64,000 nucleotides of DNA from Hormiphora californensis. Its lineage: Eukaryota > Animalia > Ctenophora. The first letter of the stretch is position 1. Each line of letters begins with the position of its first letter. The stretch is from contig CM035350.1 in assembly GCA_020137815.1 (NCBI GenBank), positions 4,278,001 through 4,342,000 on the forward strand, given 5' to 3'. Both the position numbers and the translations under genes were made by a program. The notes beneath the pieces are model-generated. The model saw only the letters and a list, made by a program, of their open reading frames with translations. It did not search any database and was not told the origin of the DNA. Positions 1 to 13,688 of this stretch are shown piece by piece.

Positions 1-3000
1 TCGCCGCTTTCCTGTCAAATCCACTGGTCGACCTACAACGAAGAGTATATTTCAATCCAGAAGAAATTATATAAGTGCAAAACTTTGTTGTCTCGTTCAG
101 ACCTTCCCACGCTGACTAATACTACTGCAATGATCGTACCTTCTTTGGGTCGTTGGACTAGCTTTAAACGGTTTCACTTCCTTTCTAATTTTCTCTTCTC
201 TTTCCTTTTTGAAATCATGTAGCCTAGCCAGACGTTTCTTTTTCATCCATTCACCGAGCTCCTTTTTACTTTCAGAGTCACCCTGGAGGATAATATGATG
301 AGTGAATTGGAATGTTACAACATGTGGTGGCCGTGGCTATGTTATACTGAAGATATAACTTTCTGGCGACATTATCCCGGATAATGCCGCACGAAATCAA
401 TCTCTCCCTGTCTCAGTAAATTGGGTTTTAGAAATAACCAGGGAAGTGGGAAACACTCCTGATACGATAATTGGCGAACTTGTTACATGGCACTCCCCCA
501 AATATTCAATCATTTTATTACCTTCTTCTGATATATTGGTGGCTGGTTTTTGGATCCTGTTTTCCCATGATGTGGTGCAGGATTTGTCCCCTTCTTGGTC
601 CCTCCACCGGGTGCAGCTGGCCGTGGTGTTATGACTGCACTAGATGTATCACTATCAAGAGCTGCCTTCAGTAGGTCCTCAGTATTTGTAGGTAGAGACG
701 TGTCACTGCTGGCAATAGAGACTTCCTCTAACGGGGTAGATTTAGCAGCTCCCCTTCGTACAGGTTTCATAACATTTGACTTCTTCTGTGGATCGTCTTT
801 AGGTTCAAACTTCTTCGTGACTGTTGGTGGAGCTGCCTTAGGTTTGGGTGTCGATGTCACTACTTGTTGATGCAATGGCTTCTTTGTCACCATTTCCAAT
901 GATCGTGGTGTTGCTCTTGATGTTATCGGTTTTCCAGCTGGTTGTGTTGCAAGTCTCCGAGATTCCAGCAACAAGTTGATCTGCCTACTCCTCTCTAACT
1001 CCCTCTCCCGGTCCAGTCGAGTGTGTTCCTGCAAGTTGTGTAGTGTCTCGGCTATCATTTCACCATATTTCCCAGGATTGGTCGGTTTCACAAACTCATC
1101 CAGGTGTTTTTCAGGTTTCTTGCTGAGCAGTTTGTCAACCAACTCATCTTCTTCCATCTTCCTTTCTTCCATCCTAGGATCCTGGTTTGAGGAACGTGGC
1201 GATGATCTGTCAGTAACCGCTACTTCCTCATCCTCTTCGACAAGAGCTGAATGGTCGTCGTTTTCAATAGTTTTCCCACCCTCAGACTCTGGTGAGATAC
1301 TCCGGTGTGAAAGGTACTTTCCAATTGATGATAGCGTGTCGTCCTCGGTATGTTGGGGAGAGGGGGCTGGTTGAACGGCGGGTTTATGTGAAACTTTAGG
1401 AGGTGGAGAAGGTGATTTACTGACAACATGGAGGCAGGTGGGGGAGATTTGGATTTGGTTGGTTGTCTGGTGGGCTTTGGAAGCTGCAAAGTGGAAGAGA
1501 CTTTCTTATTTTTCTTTTCCCGACTCACATCTCTAACTTCAATGAACTCTTTTGCTGGTTTAGGATGATTCTGCTTTTTGTTCCACAGATGACCGAAGCT
1601 GGAAGTGTGTTCCGCCCTGTTTTTCATTAGGGATATCAACAACATCAAGAAATCTGGCAGGTTGAGTAGGTCGGGGATTAAGGAACTGTTCCAAAAAGAG
1701 CTCATGTTTCGATCTGAAATAATTCGGTTTGGTCTCATCCTTCTCTGTGGTATCTGCTGCACTCAGCTTCAGTTCCTTGTTTGGTTCCTGAGATTTCATT
1801 TTTCTCAATTCATCAGCAGAGTTTTGAATACTCTCTAACAACATTTTGCACTGTTCCATTACATTCACTCCCACGTCCTCTCGATTCACAGTCCGCTGAT
1901 ATGTCACATTTTCTGATAACGGTAGCTGGGATGTTGTCTTGAAAGGTTGGTGGTGGTGGTTGGACCTTCTCCTGGTTCCAGTTGCACACTTGTATCCACC
2001 AGCTGGTGTTTGGTGGTTTGGATGGACACGTTACACTTTTTCGGGGATGATGGTGGCGAAATTTCGCAGATGGCTTTGGGATGTTCAGTTGGTTTGGATT
2101 CTGAAGCTGGTTCTTCCTTCAAATCGTCCTCCTGCTGATCTTCTTTCTCTGCAGGTAGGTGTAAAAATGTCGGCTTTCCTGAAGATTCTTGTCGTGGCCT
2201 CACAATCGGGATATGGAAGGGGCGATAGTATGGTTCTTCTTTAGGAAGCTCCAACATTCTCAGCTGACCAGGACGGGATGAAGAGGGCGAAGTGGGAACA
2301 ACTTTCTGTCTTTCTGACGCCTTCTCGACGAATGAGTCCAAAATCTTGTGCCAGATATCATTTTGCATCGTTACAATTGCGTTCATCTCCTCTTTTACAA
2401 TTTTCTTCAACTCCCTCTCCCCTACAACATCCCGTCGTTTCCGTTTCGTCTCCTTTACACTACTCACGCTCTCGGTAACCGATACACTTTGGGGAGTCAG
2501 TCCTGCTTTCCATTTTATTTCCCCAGGATTTTCCCTTGGACGCCCTTTTTATTTGGTTCTACAGCTCTCTCCCCAAGGACCTTCCGTGGATCTTTTCTTT
2601 GGGAGGGCGTACTTCCATAACTATGGTCACTACCTGGATCATCAGGCATCTTTAAAAGGAATATTCCTTTTACTTAGAGGCTCCTTTGTTGGAATTCTCG
2701 GCGCTGTTTTACTGATGCTTGAAGAAACTGTCGTGGACTCCTCTGGAGTTGAAAAATTCCTAATGGTAGTCAGCAGTGCAAACCGAACCAATTGAATGGT
2801 GACGGGCACCAGTTATAACGTTCTGTAGTGCCGGATTTCTCACTTCCACCACAGTAATTCCCGAGGTTGATGTCTTTGGGCCGGTAGTGGACGCAACTGA
2901 TCGAACAGAGGATGCTGCTTTTAGGCTGTTGTACCTTTTAACCTCCTGGGTAAACCGAGACTCTGGGGTAATTCCCCTGGAATCAGTCCCGTGTATCCCC

Positions 3001-3482
3001 CGCGAACTAGTCTGTTGCTGGGGTGAGGTATCGGCTTGTTGTTGCTGTTGCTCTCCGCGACTGGGCGAGGAATCAGGGGTTGGCAAATCTGGTAGATCTC
3101 TCTTGTTCACCACCACGGAAGTCAGGGGTGCGATGTCGGCACCAAAGTCAGGAATATCATCTAGAGTTCCCTCTAGTGTTGTCCCACTTGGTGTCACCCC
3201 ACTCGAACTGTCGAGTTGTTGGTGGAGTGTAACGGAAAGTAACCGCGGGACAGCCTGGTCGGGTATCCTTACTAAAGTTTCACCATCTTGAGCGTTCAGA
3301 AGTAAGGGTGGGTACGATGAATCAAGACCGTTGTCGTTTGGAATTGATATTTTGGTAAGGGACAGGCTCTCTATTGAAATTGAGGGTCGCGTCTTAGCTT
3401 CTCCAGTCTCTCCGCTTAGTGATATGATGGATATGTCTTCTGAAAGGCACAATCCAAGTGATTCGTTCGAACCATTTGACAT
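1..3482 (-). CDS. Large low-complexity protein resembling the C-terminal region of CPLANE1/JBTS17 (C5orf42); continues beyond the left window edge
   Basis: Overlapping minus-strand ORFs 2760-3542, 1904-2467, 1560-1907, 1220-1762 and 510-1172 are joined by apparent 1-nt frameshifts. Acceptor ttttcag|aATG at 3484; intron ~521-284; exon 283-140; exon 32-1. With indels corrected, exon 283-140 reads KKELGEWMKRKRLARLHDFKKEKEKKIRKEVKPF, matching my recollection of the CPLANE1 motif [28 protein letters not shown] in spacing and key residues. Confidence 0.45.
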
Positions 3483-3705
3483 TCTGAAAAGTAAAAAGTT
3501 TAAATTGGGACCAACTGAGAGGTGAAAAGTGAAAACATTCATTTTACAGGGTAAGTCTGACTAGGTTTCAAAGAAAGTGACAATGAGCCGTACCGTGGCT
3601 ATCTGAGTCTTTGCTCTTCCTAGCTAAGCACTGGTAACTGGTTGGTCTTAAAAAAAGAAAGAAAAAGATTTCGGAACTTGAAAATGAAAACACGGGCGCC
3701 GTTAC

Positions 3706-4739
3706 GATCTGGGTGTTTGGAGGCCTGTTTACAGGTGCGCGCTAAAATGGCTCTAACCGCCAAACCACTCAACCGTTTTGGCTGATTCAAAGTTTATCTG
3801 GTAGGGAATGTCAAGGCCTAACTCCAACTCAAACCCCAACCCTAACCCTAAGCCTAGTCCCTACTTTAGCCCTAACCCTAAAAAACCGTTTGTCAGCACT
3901 CCCAAAACACCTAGTCAGGACCACTATTGGTGCGCGGTCGTGCCCACGGAAGGAGTGCTTGGATCATCTTGAAACCGGTTTTAAGTTCACTAATGCATGC
4001 CCAAAAGTGTCTGTAGCCATTTGGGTGATGTTCTGACAATCCAATCACGAGTTATGACCGAAAAACAGTCAAAAAAGACGTTTTAAAGTGACAAAAAGGA
4101 GGATCTGAACACAGCCCTTATATGAAGGGCTGGGGCTTTGAAACTTCTTGTGTGGACAGAGAATCGTCCAAATTTGCAGTGTCAACTTTCAGATAGTTTC
4201 TATCTTTTGTAGTTATCTAATTAGAGACGTTTAAACATGTGAGAAGTTGCTAAAGGGCCCTATAATACTGCTTGTGAAGTGATCACTTTACGAGATTGCC
4301 CAATTAGAGAGCGGATTAAAGCATACAAGCGGTGAGAGCAAGCAATATGAGACGGAAGCAGTACCTAATCACCCTGTTTTGTAGGGTCATATAGGTTGTC
4401 TCACATGTTTAAACTACTCTAATTAGATAACTACAAAAGATAGAAACTATCTGAAAGTTGACACTGCAAATTTGGACGATTCTCTGTCCACACAAGAAGT
4501 TTCAAAGCCCCAGCCCTTCATATAAGGGCTGTGTTCAGATCCTCCTTTTTGTCACTTTAAAACGTCTTTTTTGACTGTTTTTCGGTCATAACTCGTGATT
4601 GGATTGTCAGAACATCACCCAAATGGCTACAGACACTTTTGGGCATGCATTAGTGAACTTAAAACCGGTTTCAAGATGATCCAATCACTCCTTCCGTGGG
4701 CACGACCGCGCACCAATAGTGGTCCTGACTAACCCAGAT
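3706..4739. mobile_element. Small TIR element with telomere-like (CCCTAA) core, interrupted by the foldback element at 3912-4731
   Basis: Left end is ATCTGGGTGTTTGGAG. The right end CTCCCAAAACACC/CAGAT is restored if 3912-4734 is removed. Degenerate CCCTAA repeats lie at ~3836-3881. The first 29 bp recur identically at 62745-62773. Confidence 0.55.
3912..4731. mobile_element. Foldback / long-TIR non-autonomous DNA transposon
   Basis: Near-perfect ~333-bp inverted arms (3912-4244 vs 4399-4731) around a ~154-bp spacer; flanked by ACC at 3909-3911 and 4732-4734. Confidence 0.9.
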
Positions 4740-5378
4740 TTTAACGCTGGCCTGATAAAACACGATCCGAAGCTTCCAGACGCGCGCGTAAATAAGGTCT
4801 GCAGCGCAGTTTGCATTTTTATCTCGCGTTCGGCCGCCGGTTCCAAAATTTGAAATTTGAAACGAGATTTTTGCGTTTTTAATTTTGTCCAAGTCCAAAA
4901 ATTTTGTTTTCGGTGGCCCGCTTCACGCTTGTGTGTTGATAACTCACAAAACTGACGATACATTACTTTTAAACTAGGCTAATAAAGGTCTTGAAAAGCG
5001 CTGCCTTATCCCGTGCTGTCGATCTAATTCTATCGGGGGCCAGCAACGTTTGCCAACTTGAATTTTTTCTTTCCATGTATATTGTATCCGCATCTTCCGC
5101 ATGGCAGCGAATATAAAGGTCCCAAATATTTTTAGTCAAAAGCGGGATGTTATGTTTACATTTTGATTGATTGATAATAAAGTTGTGACTTGAAAGACTT
5201 TGTAGGTGACTTAAGCTATAAGTTATTGACCACCCCACACCCGATGGCCGAGTTCATAGCTCACTGCACACTGATAAAAGTTAAAACAGTCACTGGAATC
5301 TGGATTTGGTCAATACTCATTAGTTGACAGTTGAATTGTTCACTATGCTCAAAAACCCAAAATATCCTCAGTAGTAGC

Positions 5379-8300
5379 ATGTCTGTGGAGCAGATTGTCC
5401 CGCTGATTACTGCGGCCCTCTCTGCTGACAAGGGAGAACAGACGGCCGCCCAGGAACAACTGGAAGCTGTTAAACCCTTACCTGACTATGCCACCAGCCT
5501 CCTCACCATCCTCTTCAGACAGGTAAACACCATATATGGGCATCACGTGACAGAGGGTGGCCTTGTAGGACTTATCAGATTGGGGTATGAAGGTTTGTCA
5601 TTTTAATAATTTCACTGCTCCAGGATGCCCCCTTGGCGGCGCGACAAATGGCTGGTGTACTGCTCAAGCAATTTGTGGAGAATGCTTGGTCTGAAGTGTC
5701 CCCATACCGCGGCTAAGGAACCTTGTCAAGGCTAACATTTTACCCGGTTTGGCTGACAGCATCTCCAAAATCAGGTACTTTGAAGACGGAAATAATCATA
5801 ATTTCATCTTTGTTAGGTTACACTGATGATTCACACTGTGAATGTAAATGTGATCTCCCCCAGGAGTTCCACTGCTGCAATTATCTCCGAGATAGCAGTT
5901 CTTGATTTCCCCGAGAACTGGCCGGGCCTATTCGAACAGTTGATGGGTATGATCGGGTCAGGGGACGCCAACCAGATACATGGTGTCATGAAGGTCCTGG
6001 ATGAACTTAGCAATGACATCACTGACAATCAGGTAATATGAAGTGTTCGTATGGTCGTGAAATTACCCCTCCGCGTTAATATAGCTCACGGAGTATGCAA
6101 TAAAAGGGGTGACTTCGTAACCAAAGTGTTCGTATGGTGGGTAGTGATGTTTACCAATATTAAAATTAGCTACAGAGTGCAAGATTATTTCTATTGAAGT
6201 TGTTTGACCTCCAACTTCCCCTCTACAGGTGTATTCCATTGCACCAGTACTGTTCCCACAACTGGTTCAACTCTTCCAAACAGAGGCCCTTGGAGCCAGT
6301 ACCCGTGCTCGGGCTCTCTCCATCTTCGGGGTTTTCACCACCCTAATCTCCCACATGGACAGCGTTGAGACGGGAGTTACCGAGAAACTTCTCTTCCCCA
6401 TTCTCCCAGGACTAGTTGATGTATGCCTGAACCTCCTCCAGGGAGCCCCATCTGCCCGTGAGGAGTACAAACTCCTTACTGAGTGTGTGAACTTCCTTAC
6501 TAAGCTGGTGGGAACCTTCCCCAAACAGATGAGCGAAAAGATCAGTGCTTCCCTGCCCGTTTTGTGGGGTGTCCTAACCAAGAATGCGGGTAACCATATC
6601 ACGGAGGTGGTGAATAACCCCGATTATGCGGATGAGGAGGGACGGGATAGTGATGGAGGGGAGATGGGTTTTGGTACCCTTGTCCAGGCTGTATTTGAGT
6701 TTATCCAGAGTCTGACTGAGAGAAAGAAGTTTAAGGCGATGATCAGGAAGGTTCTTCCTGATGTTGTGTACTATCTCATCACCTACCTCTCCATCCCCGA
6801 ATACCAGGTCAGTGTTTTGTGAGACTCCAAATATACCTCATTTGAAATACTGTCTTCCACCTAACATTTTACACGCGTGACGCGTGTTAGGGAAACATGC
6901 TGTGCTCTAGGGAGGCACCCCCCCCCAGCACAACGATGTACCTGTCAGCCCGTTTATCGGGCAATATGTGTATTTCCTAGTACACTAAACACCGCTAACA
7001 CTTGTCTATAACCCCCTACCCTTAGGCCTATAACACCTATTTACATCATGTATAATTGGTATACTAACACCCCCTCCTTCCCTCCTCCCCGACTGCTTCC
7101 TAACACCCTCTCCTTAACATACCCCCCTAACACCCCCTCCCTAATACCCCCCTCCCCTAACACCCCCCTCCCTAATACCCCCTCCCCCCATATTGAGTAC
7201 TGGGATGCCGACCCTAACACCACCTCCCTCCTCCCCCCATATTGATGCCTTACACTCTCCCCCTCCCCCAGATTGAGTACTGGGATGCCGACCCAGAGAA
7301 GTATGTAGAAGATGATGACGAGGACAGTATGAATTACACAGTTCGAACTGGTGCCATGGAACTTCTTATTGATCCTCTCGACAGAGCTGAAGACGAGCTA
7401 TGTCGAGGCCCTCATGAGTGCCATTACCCGTCACATTTCTGAGGCTGGGCCAATCAGCGAGGGCTACACGTGGAAGCTGTACGAGGCATGTGCTACAGCC
7501 CTGAACATCAGCGGCGGTGCCGTGGAGGAATGCATTGAGAGCAAGAAGGTTGATTTCAACTTTGCAGCCTTCTACAATGGTGTTGTCGTTCCGGGTCTCC
7601 AGACTGCCCGACCTTACCTTCTGGGACGTCTTATGTGGCTGTCTGCTAGTTACCTTAAGATGCTGCCCAGTGAGGAGGCTACTGAACGCCCTCTTTGAGT
7701 GCACGTGCAATAGTCTGAAGGTGGGAACCCCTGCTCCTGTGATGGTGGGAGCCATGAAGGCAGTTTACACCATGGCTGCTGAGTTAGAGGATGAGGAGGA
7801 GCAGAAGGTGCTGCACAAGCCCATGGAGGTGATCATCCCGGCATTATTCGAACTAGCATCTCACATGGATGGTGATCTGTTGATGTTGTGTCTTGATACG
7901 TTGAGGGTGTCTGTTAATGTCAGACAGGATATCGTGGCAACGGAAGCTGATAAGGTGAACAAGTTCCTGGTGGAGCTGTTTGTGAAACACGCATCCGATC
8001 CTTTCGTAGTTAGTCAGGTTAGTTGGGACTTGGGACTTGGAACTGTAACATCAATTTAGTCTTTGGGAGGCACTATAAAGTAGAGAGGGGGGATGGAGAG
8101 AAACAGTAACATATATCTCGACCCCCACAGAGAGACAATGCAAAGAGATATGTTATAATATTTTGTAATACTTGATGGTTTATGTTGTAGAAAAGGGATA
8201 ATTGATGGCAAACAGTGTTGCTCTCTCGGTAGTCCCCTGAAAACAACATGACCCAACCTTTATCCCCCCTAGGTAAACGACCTGCTGATAACTCTAGCTG

Positions 8301-11300
8301 ATATTGATGCCTGCCGGGGGTCCATTCAAGATAACGTGGTGCCTGTCATCATGCAGATGCTCCAGACACCCCTTTCAAACTCTCCTAAGAAGCAGAGTGA
8401 TGAAGATAAAGAAGATATGAGGGTTGAAATTCTGGAACTGATGACTGTGTTTATCAGGAAGACGCCAGCACCACTACCACCGCTATACGTTAACGATGTC
8501 TTCCCCGTCATTATGGGCATCACTATTGGATGCGCCAAGGAGAGTACCGCCATCCTCCAAAGTGGTGGGGAGTGTGTCAGGGCATTCTTTGCCCAGGGTT
8601 TCCCCCAGATAACCGCTGTCAACTATAACGGTGTGACGGCCTATGGATTACACACTGCAGTTGATTGGTAAGGTACTAGACCCCGATATGTCTGAGTTTG
8701 GAGCTCTCTACGCGGGAAGGTTGGTCAGTTCGCTGATCAAGCACGCTGGTACCGCCCTCAACATCAATGACATCCTACAGGCTGTACTGAACAAGCTGAC
8801 CAACTGGTTAGTGTCATGGGGGATAACTAACGGGAGAGGGAATGTGGGGGGAAACAGTTTGGGGTGATGACTGAAAGACAACAATTTTTCAAATAAATAA
8901 GATTTGTCAGTAGGAAAAAGAGTTGGTGTTTTTTTTAAAGTGAGAGTGGACCGAATCAGAATTGGACAAATTTGTATGTAGGTATAGAGATTAGTTTCTG
9001 AGCAATTTCGCTGTGCGGTCAGACATTCTGCCAGTCCCCATACTGAGATTTTTACGTTGTTGGGAATTCCCGCGTGGTGAGTACTTTACCTCACGATAGA
9101 ACTCTGGACTACATCAAGTTGTTTTGGTGCTCGTTAGCTCTCTACGCGGGAAGGTTGGTCAGTTCGCTGATCAAGCACGCTGTACGCCTCAAATCAATGA
9201 CATCCTACAGGCTGTACTGAACAAGCTGACCAACTGGTTCGTGTCATGGGGGATAGCTAACGGGAGAGGGAATGCGGGGGAACAGTTTGGGGTGATGACT
9301 GAAAGACAACAATTTTTCAAATAAATAAGATTTGTCAGTAGCAGAAAGAGTTGGTGTTTGTTTGAGAATACTATTTTTACAAGTCCTGTATTTCAGTGAA
9401 GCACCGATGATCAAACAGAGCTTGCTGGTTGTCTTTATCAAACTGTTTAACCATGACTTGGAGGGATCAATGAACTTCCTCCAGACACTTTCCACCCCAA
9501 CCGGAGAGAATGGACTGGTTTACGTCATGAAGTCTTGGTAAGTTGTAACCCCCCTTCCAGTTCTCATCTCTCAAGCTGGTATTATAGTGTACTGGTGACG
9601 TGTCACGTGTGTGCTCCTAATATCTTGATAAAAAGCAATTTGATACATGTCAGACTTCAAGGCACCACGCCTACCTACGTAAAAGCTTAATAAGCAATGT
9701 TACAGTATCTACAGTCGACCCCCGATATACTGGGAGCCGATATATCGGGAGCCGGGAGGATAAATTTCCCACGATATAGGAAATTTAATTTATTTCACCC
9801 CGATATACCGAGCACCCCCCCCCCCCCCCGGTCCCCCTGGCCCCCAGTTCCCCACTAGGCACCGGCCCCCCCCCCCCCTTCACTCCCCCCACTAAGCACT
9901 TGCACTCCCTCCCACTAAGCACTCCCTCCCCCACTAATTACCCCCCCCCCTCCCACTAGGTGTGACATCCAAGAGTTGTTCAGTGGAGAGTACGAGACGA
10001 AAGTGGCGGTTATAGCCCTCACCAAGTTCATGCCGTTCCTTCTCAACAGTAACAGTCCCCTGGCTAACATCACTGTCAGTGATGATGAGATGAGCATTGA
10101 GGGAGGTAGATTGACCAGGAGCAGCAAGACTGTGGCAGCCGGTGTACAGATCCCCATTACTATCAAGATCTTCAAGATCCTTGTGCAGGAATTCAGTAAG
10201 TCTAATTTATACACAGAATGTTACCATGTTACCATATATTTAATATTACGGATATCAGATTTGAGAAGAGAGAAAGAGAGTTTTCCCTTTGATTTTACTT
10301 TGAGGAATTAGAGAGATCAGAGAGGGAAAGATGATGATGAAAAAACCCCGGAGACCCCGCCTCGCTCCAGGGCTGGCTCCAGCCCGATATTTCTGGGGGG
10401 GTGCACTAATAGTAGGATTTGCGACCGGAGCGCCCGAAGGGCGTTTAGGGAGCTCCGCACAGGGGGGGGGGGTTCGGGGGCGAAGCCCCCGGAAATTTTT
10501 TTAACTAAATCAAGCAAATTTTAGGGTTTTTAATGATTTGTGACGTCTACTTTCTAGATTTATGAATGCTACAATGCTCTCTCTCTCACTCAGTGATGTT
10601 CACTAGGTGATTTAAATTCGGTTGTGATCAGTCAAAAATTTTACTGAAAATTTTGTATTTTTGGGGTGGTTTCCCAATCCAAAAGGTCTCAGACAGTCTT
10701 GGCAGCCTCGCTGCCAAGAATTTTTGGGGGGGTGTGCACCCCCCGCATCACCCCCCTGGAGCCAGCCCTGCCTCGCTCTTCCTAATGTCTTATGTCACTA
10801 TAATACTAATATATCGTAATATCGTATTAATATGATGGGAAGGCACGTGGAGACATGTGTAGAATGTACACACGGTGTAAGGGTGATGACAGGACTAGGG
10901 AGTTGCAGGGAGGGAGACAATTAATGTAGTCAGGGGTAGTAGGTAGAATATATCTTGGGGAGAGAGACAAGGAGGAGGGTAATTTTCCCAAATCTGTGGT
11001 AGTACAGTAGCTGTGTAGAATGTCTGATCTAATAATAATTGATATATCTTGTACAGCAGCATTCCAGACACATCTAAAACCCCTCTAAATACCGAATCTA
11101 AACCTGATAAACAGTGATATAATGGCACTAAACCCAAAGTATGTAATGGGATCCCCCCACGGCACTAAACCCAAAGTATGTAATGGGATCACCCCATGGC
11201 ACTAAACCCTACTTCCTCCCCCTATAGAGAACATCCTGGAGGAGAAGGAAGCGGAGAGAGCGGGAGATGAGGAGTCTGATGATGATGATATTGAGGAAGA

Positions 11301-11679
11301 GGAGTACGAAGAGGAAACCCAGATCATGACACTAGCTCAAATGGCACAGTTCCTCGGCGATGATGACGATGAGGTAATTATGAGGGTTGGATAATGGATT
11401 ATATATAAACTAGGGTTCTGATCATTCAACAATCATCATACTCCCGGCATAATTACCACTAATTACGACAAATTAACAATAATACTCTACTAATTACCTA
11501 CTAATTACTCCCAGGATGAAGACAACAAGGATGATCCACTAAATGATGTTGACCTCCACGATCACCTCTCACAGTTCCTAACCCAACTATCAACCCACGG
11601 ATCTTACTCGCAACTCTGCCAGGCACTCAACGACAACGAACAAAAAGTCCTCGGATCTATGCTCGTCTCCGGTAGCTAA
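5379..11679 (+). CDS. IPO9: Importin-9 (karyopherin-beta family), multi-exon
   Basis: Approximate exons: 5379-5522, 5623-5773, 5864-6032, 6229-6807, 7272-8017, 8273-8805, 9396-9537, 9960-10195, 11228-11373, 11515-11679. Motifs AARQMAGVLLKQFV, IAVLDFPENWPGLFEQLM, QIHGVMKVLDEL, WDADPEKYVEDDD, LQSGGECVRAF; acidic tract and DDPLN near the C-terminus. Several 1-nt indels present. Confidence 0.92.
9136..9362 (+). repeat. Degenerate local duplicate of IPO9 exon end plus donor and intron start (original at 8702-8931)
   Basis: ~230-bp direct repeat with several substitutions and small deletions. Confidence 0.85.
9711..9815. mobile_element. Truncated Tc1/mariner-like MITE end
   Basis: TA-CAGTCGACCCCCGATATAC start with repeated CCGATATA sub-terminal motifs; no matching right end seen. 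Confidence 0.35.
10368..10770. mobile_element. hAT-type MITE in an IPO9 intron
   Basis: TIRs CAGGGCTGGCTCCAG...CTGGAGCCAGCCCTG; exact 8-bp TSD CCTCGCTC at 10360-10367 and 10771-10778. Confidence 0.9.
11121..11210. repeat. ~37-bp tandem repeat (2.4 copies) just upstream of an IPO9 acceptor
   Basis: Repeated unit ATGGCACTAAACCCAAAGTATGTAATGGGATC(A/C)CCCC. Confidence 0.8.
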
Positions 11680-12363
11680 TATCACCATCTCACCACGTAT
11701 CGTGTAGTGTCTCATCTTTATCTTTTTTACTCGTTTTTTAGCGGTTTCTCTAGATCTCATTTCTCTCTTTCTTTCTCCTTCGTGTGACTTCGTGTACTGG
11801 ACGTGCGGTTATTTATTTATCATTTCTCTCCCCCTCTCGTTTCAGGGATGAGGTGACTCGGGATTGAAGTTTTTTAACTTGTGATTGAGAGTGTGTGTAT
11901 GGATGTCTAATTTATACATTCAATTTTGAGAATTTGGCCAATTTTGAACGAAAGTTGAAAAGATTTGATATGCGTTTGAATTACCCTACCCCCCCCCCCC
12001 CCCCCTAAATCTCCATCCCCTGTCCCTTGACTAATTAGAGGCTCCTATCTCATCATTGTTACACAGTAAACACTAAACACTTTAGTGTGCTACGACGGTG
12101 AGGCAATGCACGATGGAATGAGAATCTGAGAATTTATCACTCCCAACTCCGAGGGGGTCTACTTGGCGCGTACGAAATGTGACGCGCACGAGCCTGCTCC
12201 TAGTGTCAGCAGTTTTCGTGCACGTTTTTGGCGCGCTCCCGGAGGTAGTTTCACCGTTGGCACCGAGTGACCCGACCCCCCTTCCTAGTTCCGGCTCCCT
12301 TATCTCTCCCCCTGTAACGGTAACTTCTTATCACCTCTCTCTCTCCTTTTAGCAACTTTAGCC

Positions 12364-13383
12364 ATGCCTCCGAAGAAGAAAAAGGGGAAGAAGAAGGGCA
12401 AAAAAGGGGAGGGAGGGGAGATGTCTGTGAAAGACAAATACTCCAAAACTCTCCAAGAAATGGACTGTCTAAAACATGAGTTGGAAACGAGAACCGAGCT
12501 AGCAAGACGGAATGATGCTCGTGCTAGTGATCTTAAACAGCAGGTACAAACATTACATGGTGTACTGGACAGTTGTTTGTTTAGTTGTTGGGGCAACCAC
12601 AAAAACCTTTGTCATGATGCATTAATGCCCCGGGTGGTTTGTCAAGAGATAACTTATCCCAGTATCATTGTTCCCCTGTTAACCCCTAATCCTTTCAGGT
12701 GACCGACTGGGAGAAAGTTGTTGCGGAGGAGCAAGAGGAGAAGCTGGACATCTCAGCAGGACATGATCAGACAATACAAGACCATGCAGAGTACGATGGC
12801 ACTACGAATACACCTCCTGGAGTCCTAACCTCTCCCATCTACAGGTATATAGTTAGGGACTGGGACATCAGTCGGGTGAACTGGTGATTCCACTGTCAAA
12901 TCATGGAAATGTGCCTAGTTAATGTATCAGTGAGGGGGGGGGGGGTGTTAATGTTAATGTAGCAGTGATTTTTCTAATTTTTTACTGACGACAATCCCTC
13001 CAGGTCCAGCTCGATTCGACTCAGAAGAAGTTAGAGACAACGGAGAAAGGGAAGAGTGACTTGCAGAAGAAATACGATGACACAGTGGAGAGAATGGAAC
13101 GAGAAATGGTGAGAGATATTCGCCCCCCACTATTATAACAGCTGCTCCCGCGATTAAACACATTATTAAATTGTTCACCTCCCTCTCTCGATATCTCTAA
13201 CGGTCCCTCCTCTCCCAGATTGATATGGAGCAGCGATATGAGAATATTCTAGTTGAGGCGATGGATGCTGTGGCTGGCAAGTTAGAACAGGCCCAGAGCA
13301 AGTGGAATAAGGCATGCGAGCTGGTGCAGCTGGACAACATTACCAAACTACGGGAATTCGGTCTACCAAACCTTGAACTGTAA
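12364..13383 (+). CDS. CCDC153: CCDC153 / dynein regulatory complex DRC12-like coiled-coil protein
   Basis: MPPKKKKGKKK N-terminus followed by coiled coil; exon 2 reads EEKLDISA(D)MIRQYKTMQS across a 1-nt indel. Approximate exons 12364-12543, 12699-12844, 13004-13109, 13219-13383, ending LREFGLPNLEL*. Confidence 0.75.
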
Positions 13384-13688
13384 TATATAGCGTTGGAACT
13401 CTAAAAATTGGGACAATGTGTGTGTCAGATATTTTATTATTTGAGGGATCAGATTCAGAGAATATAAATAATATATTTTACGACCAGATGTAAAGATATG
13501 ATGTGATTTATCTATTGTTATGTGTAAAGTGTAAATATGTATGAACAAGCTTTTCCAGCACCCCTTATTTCCCGAGTTTCAAGTCTAAACTGTCCGGTAT
13601 CGCGCTGAATCTTTCTTTCCTGCTTCGCTCAGAAAAGGCAAGAGCGGAGCGTGGAAAGTGGTCAGGCATCGCGCTGCCAGAGTCTAAT

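Noticed and set aside
3836-3881. Telomere or chromosome-fusion scar
   Set aside because: Only a few degenerate CCCTAA units, contained inside a small TIR element.
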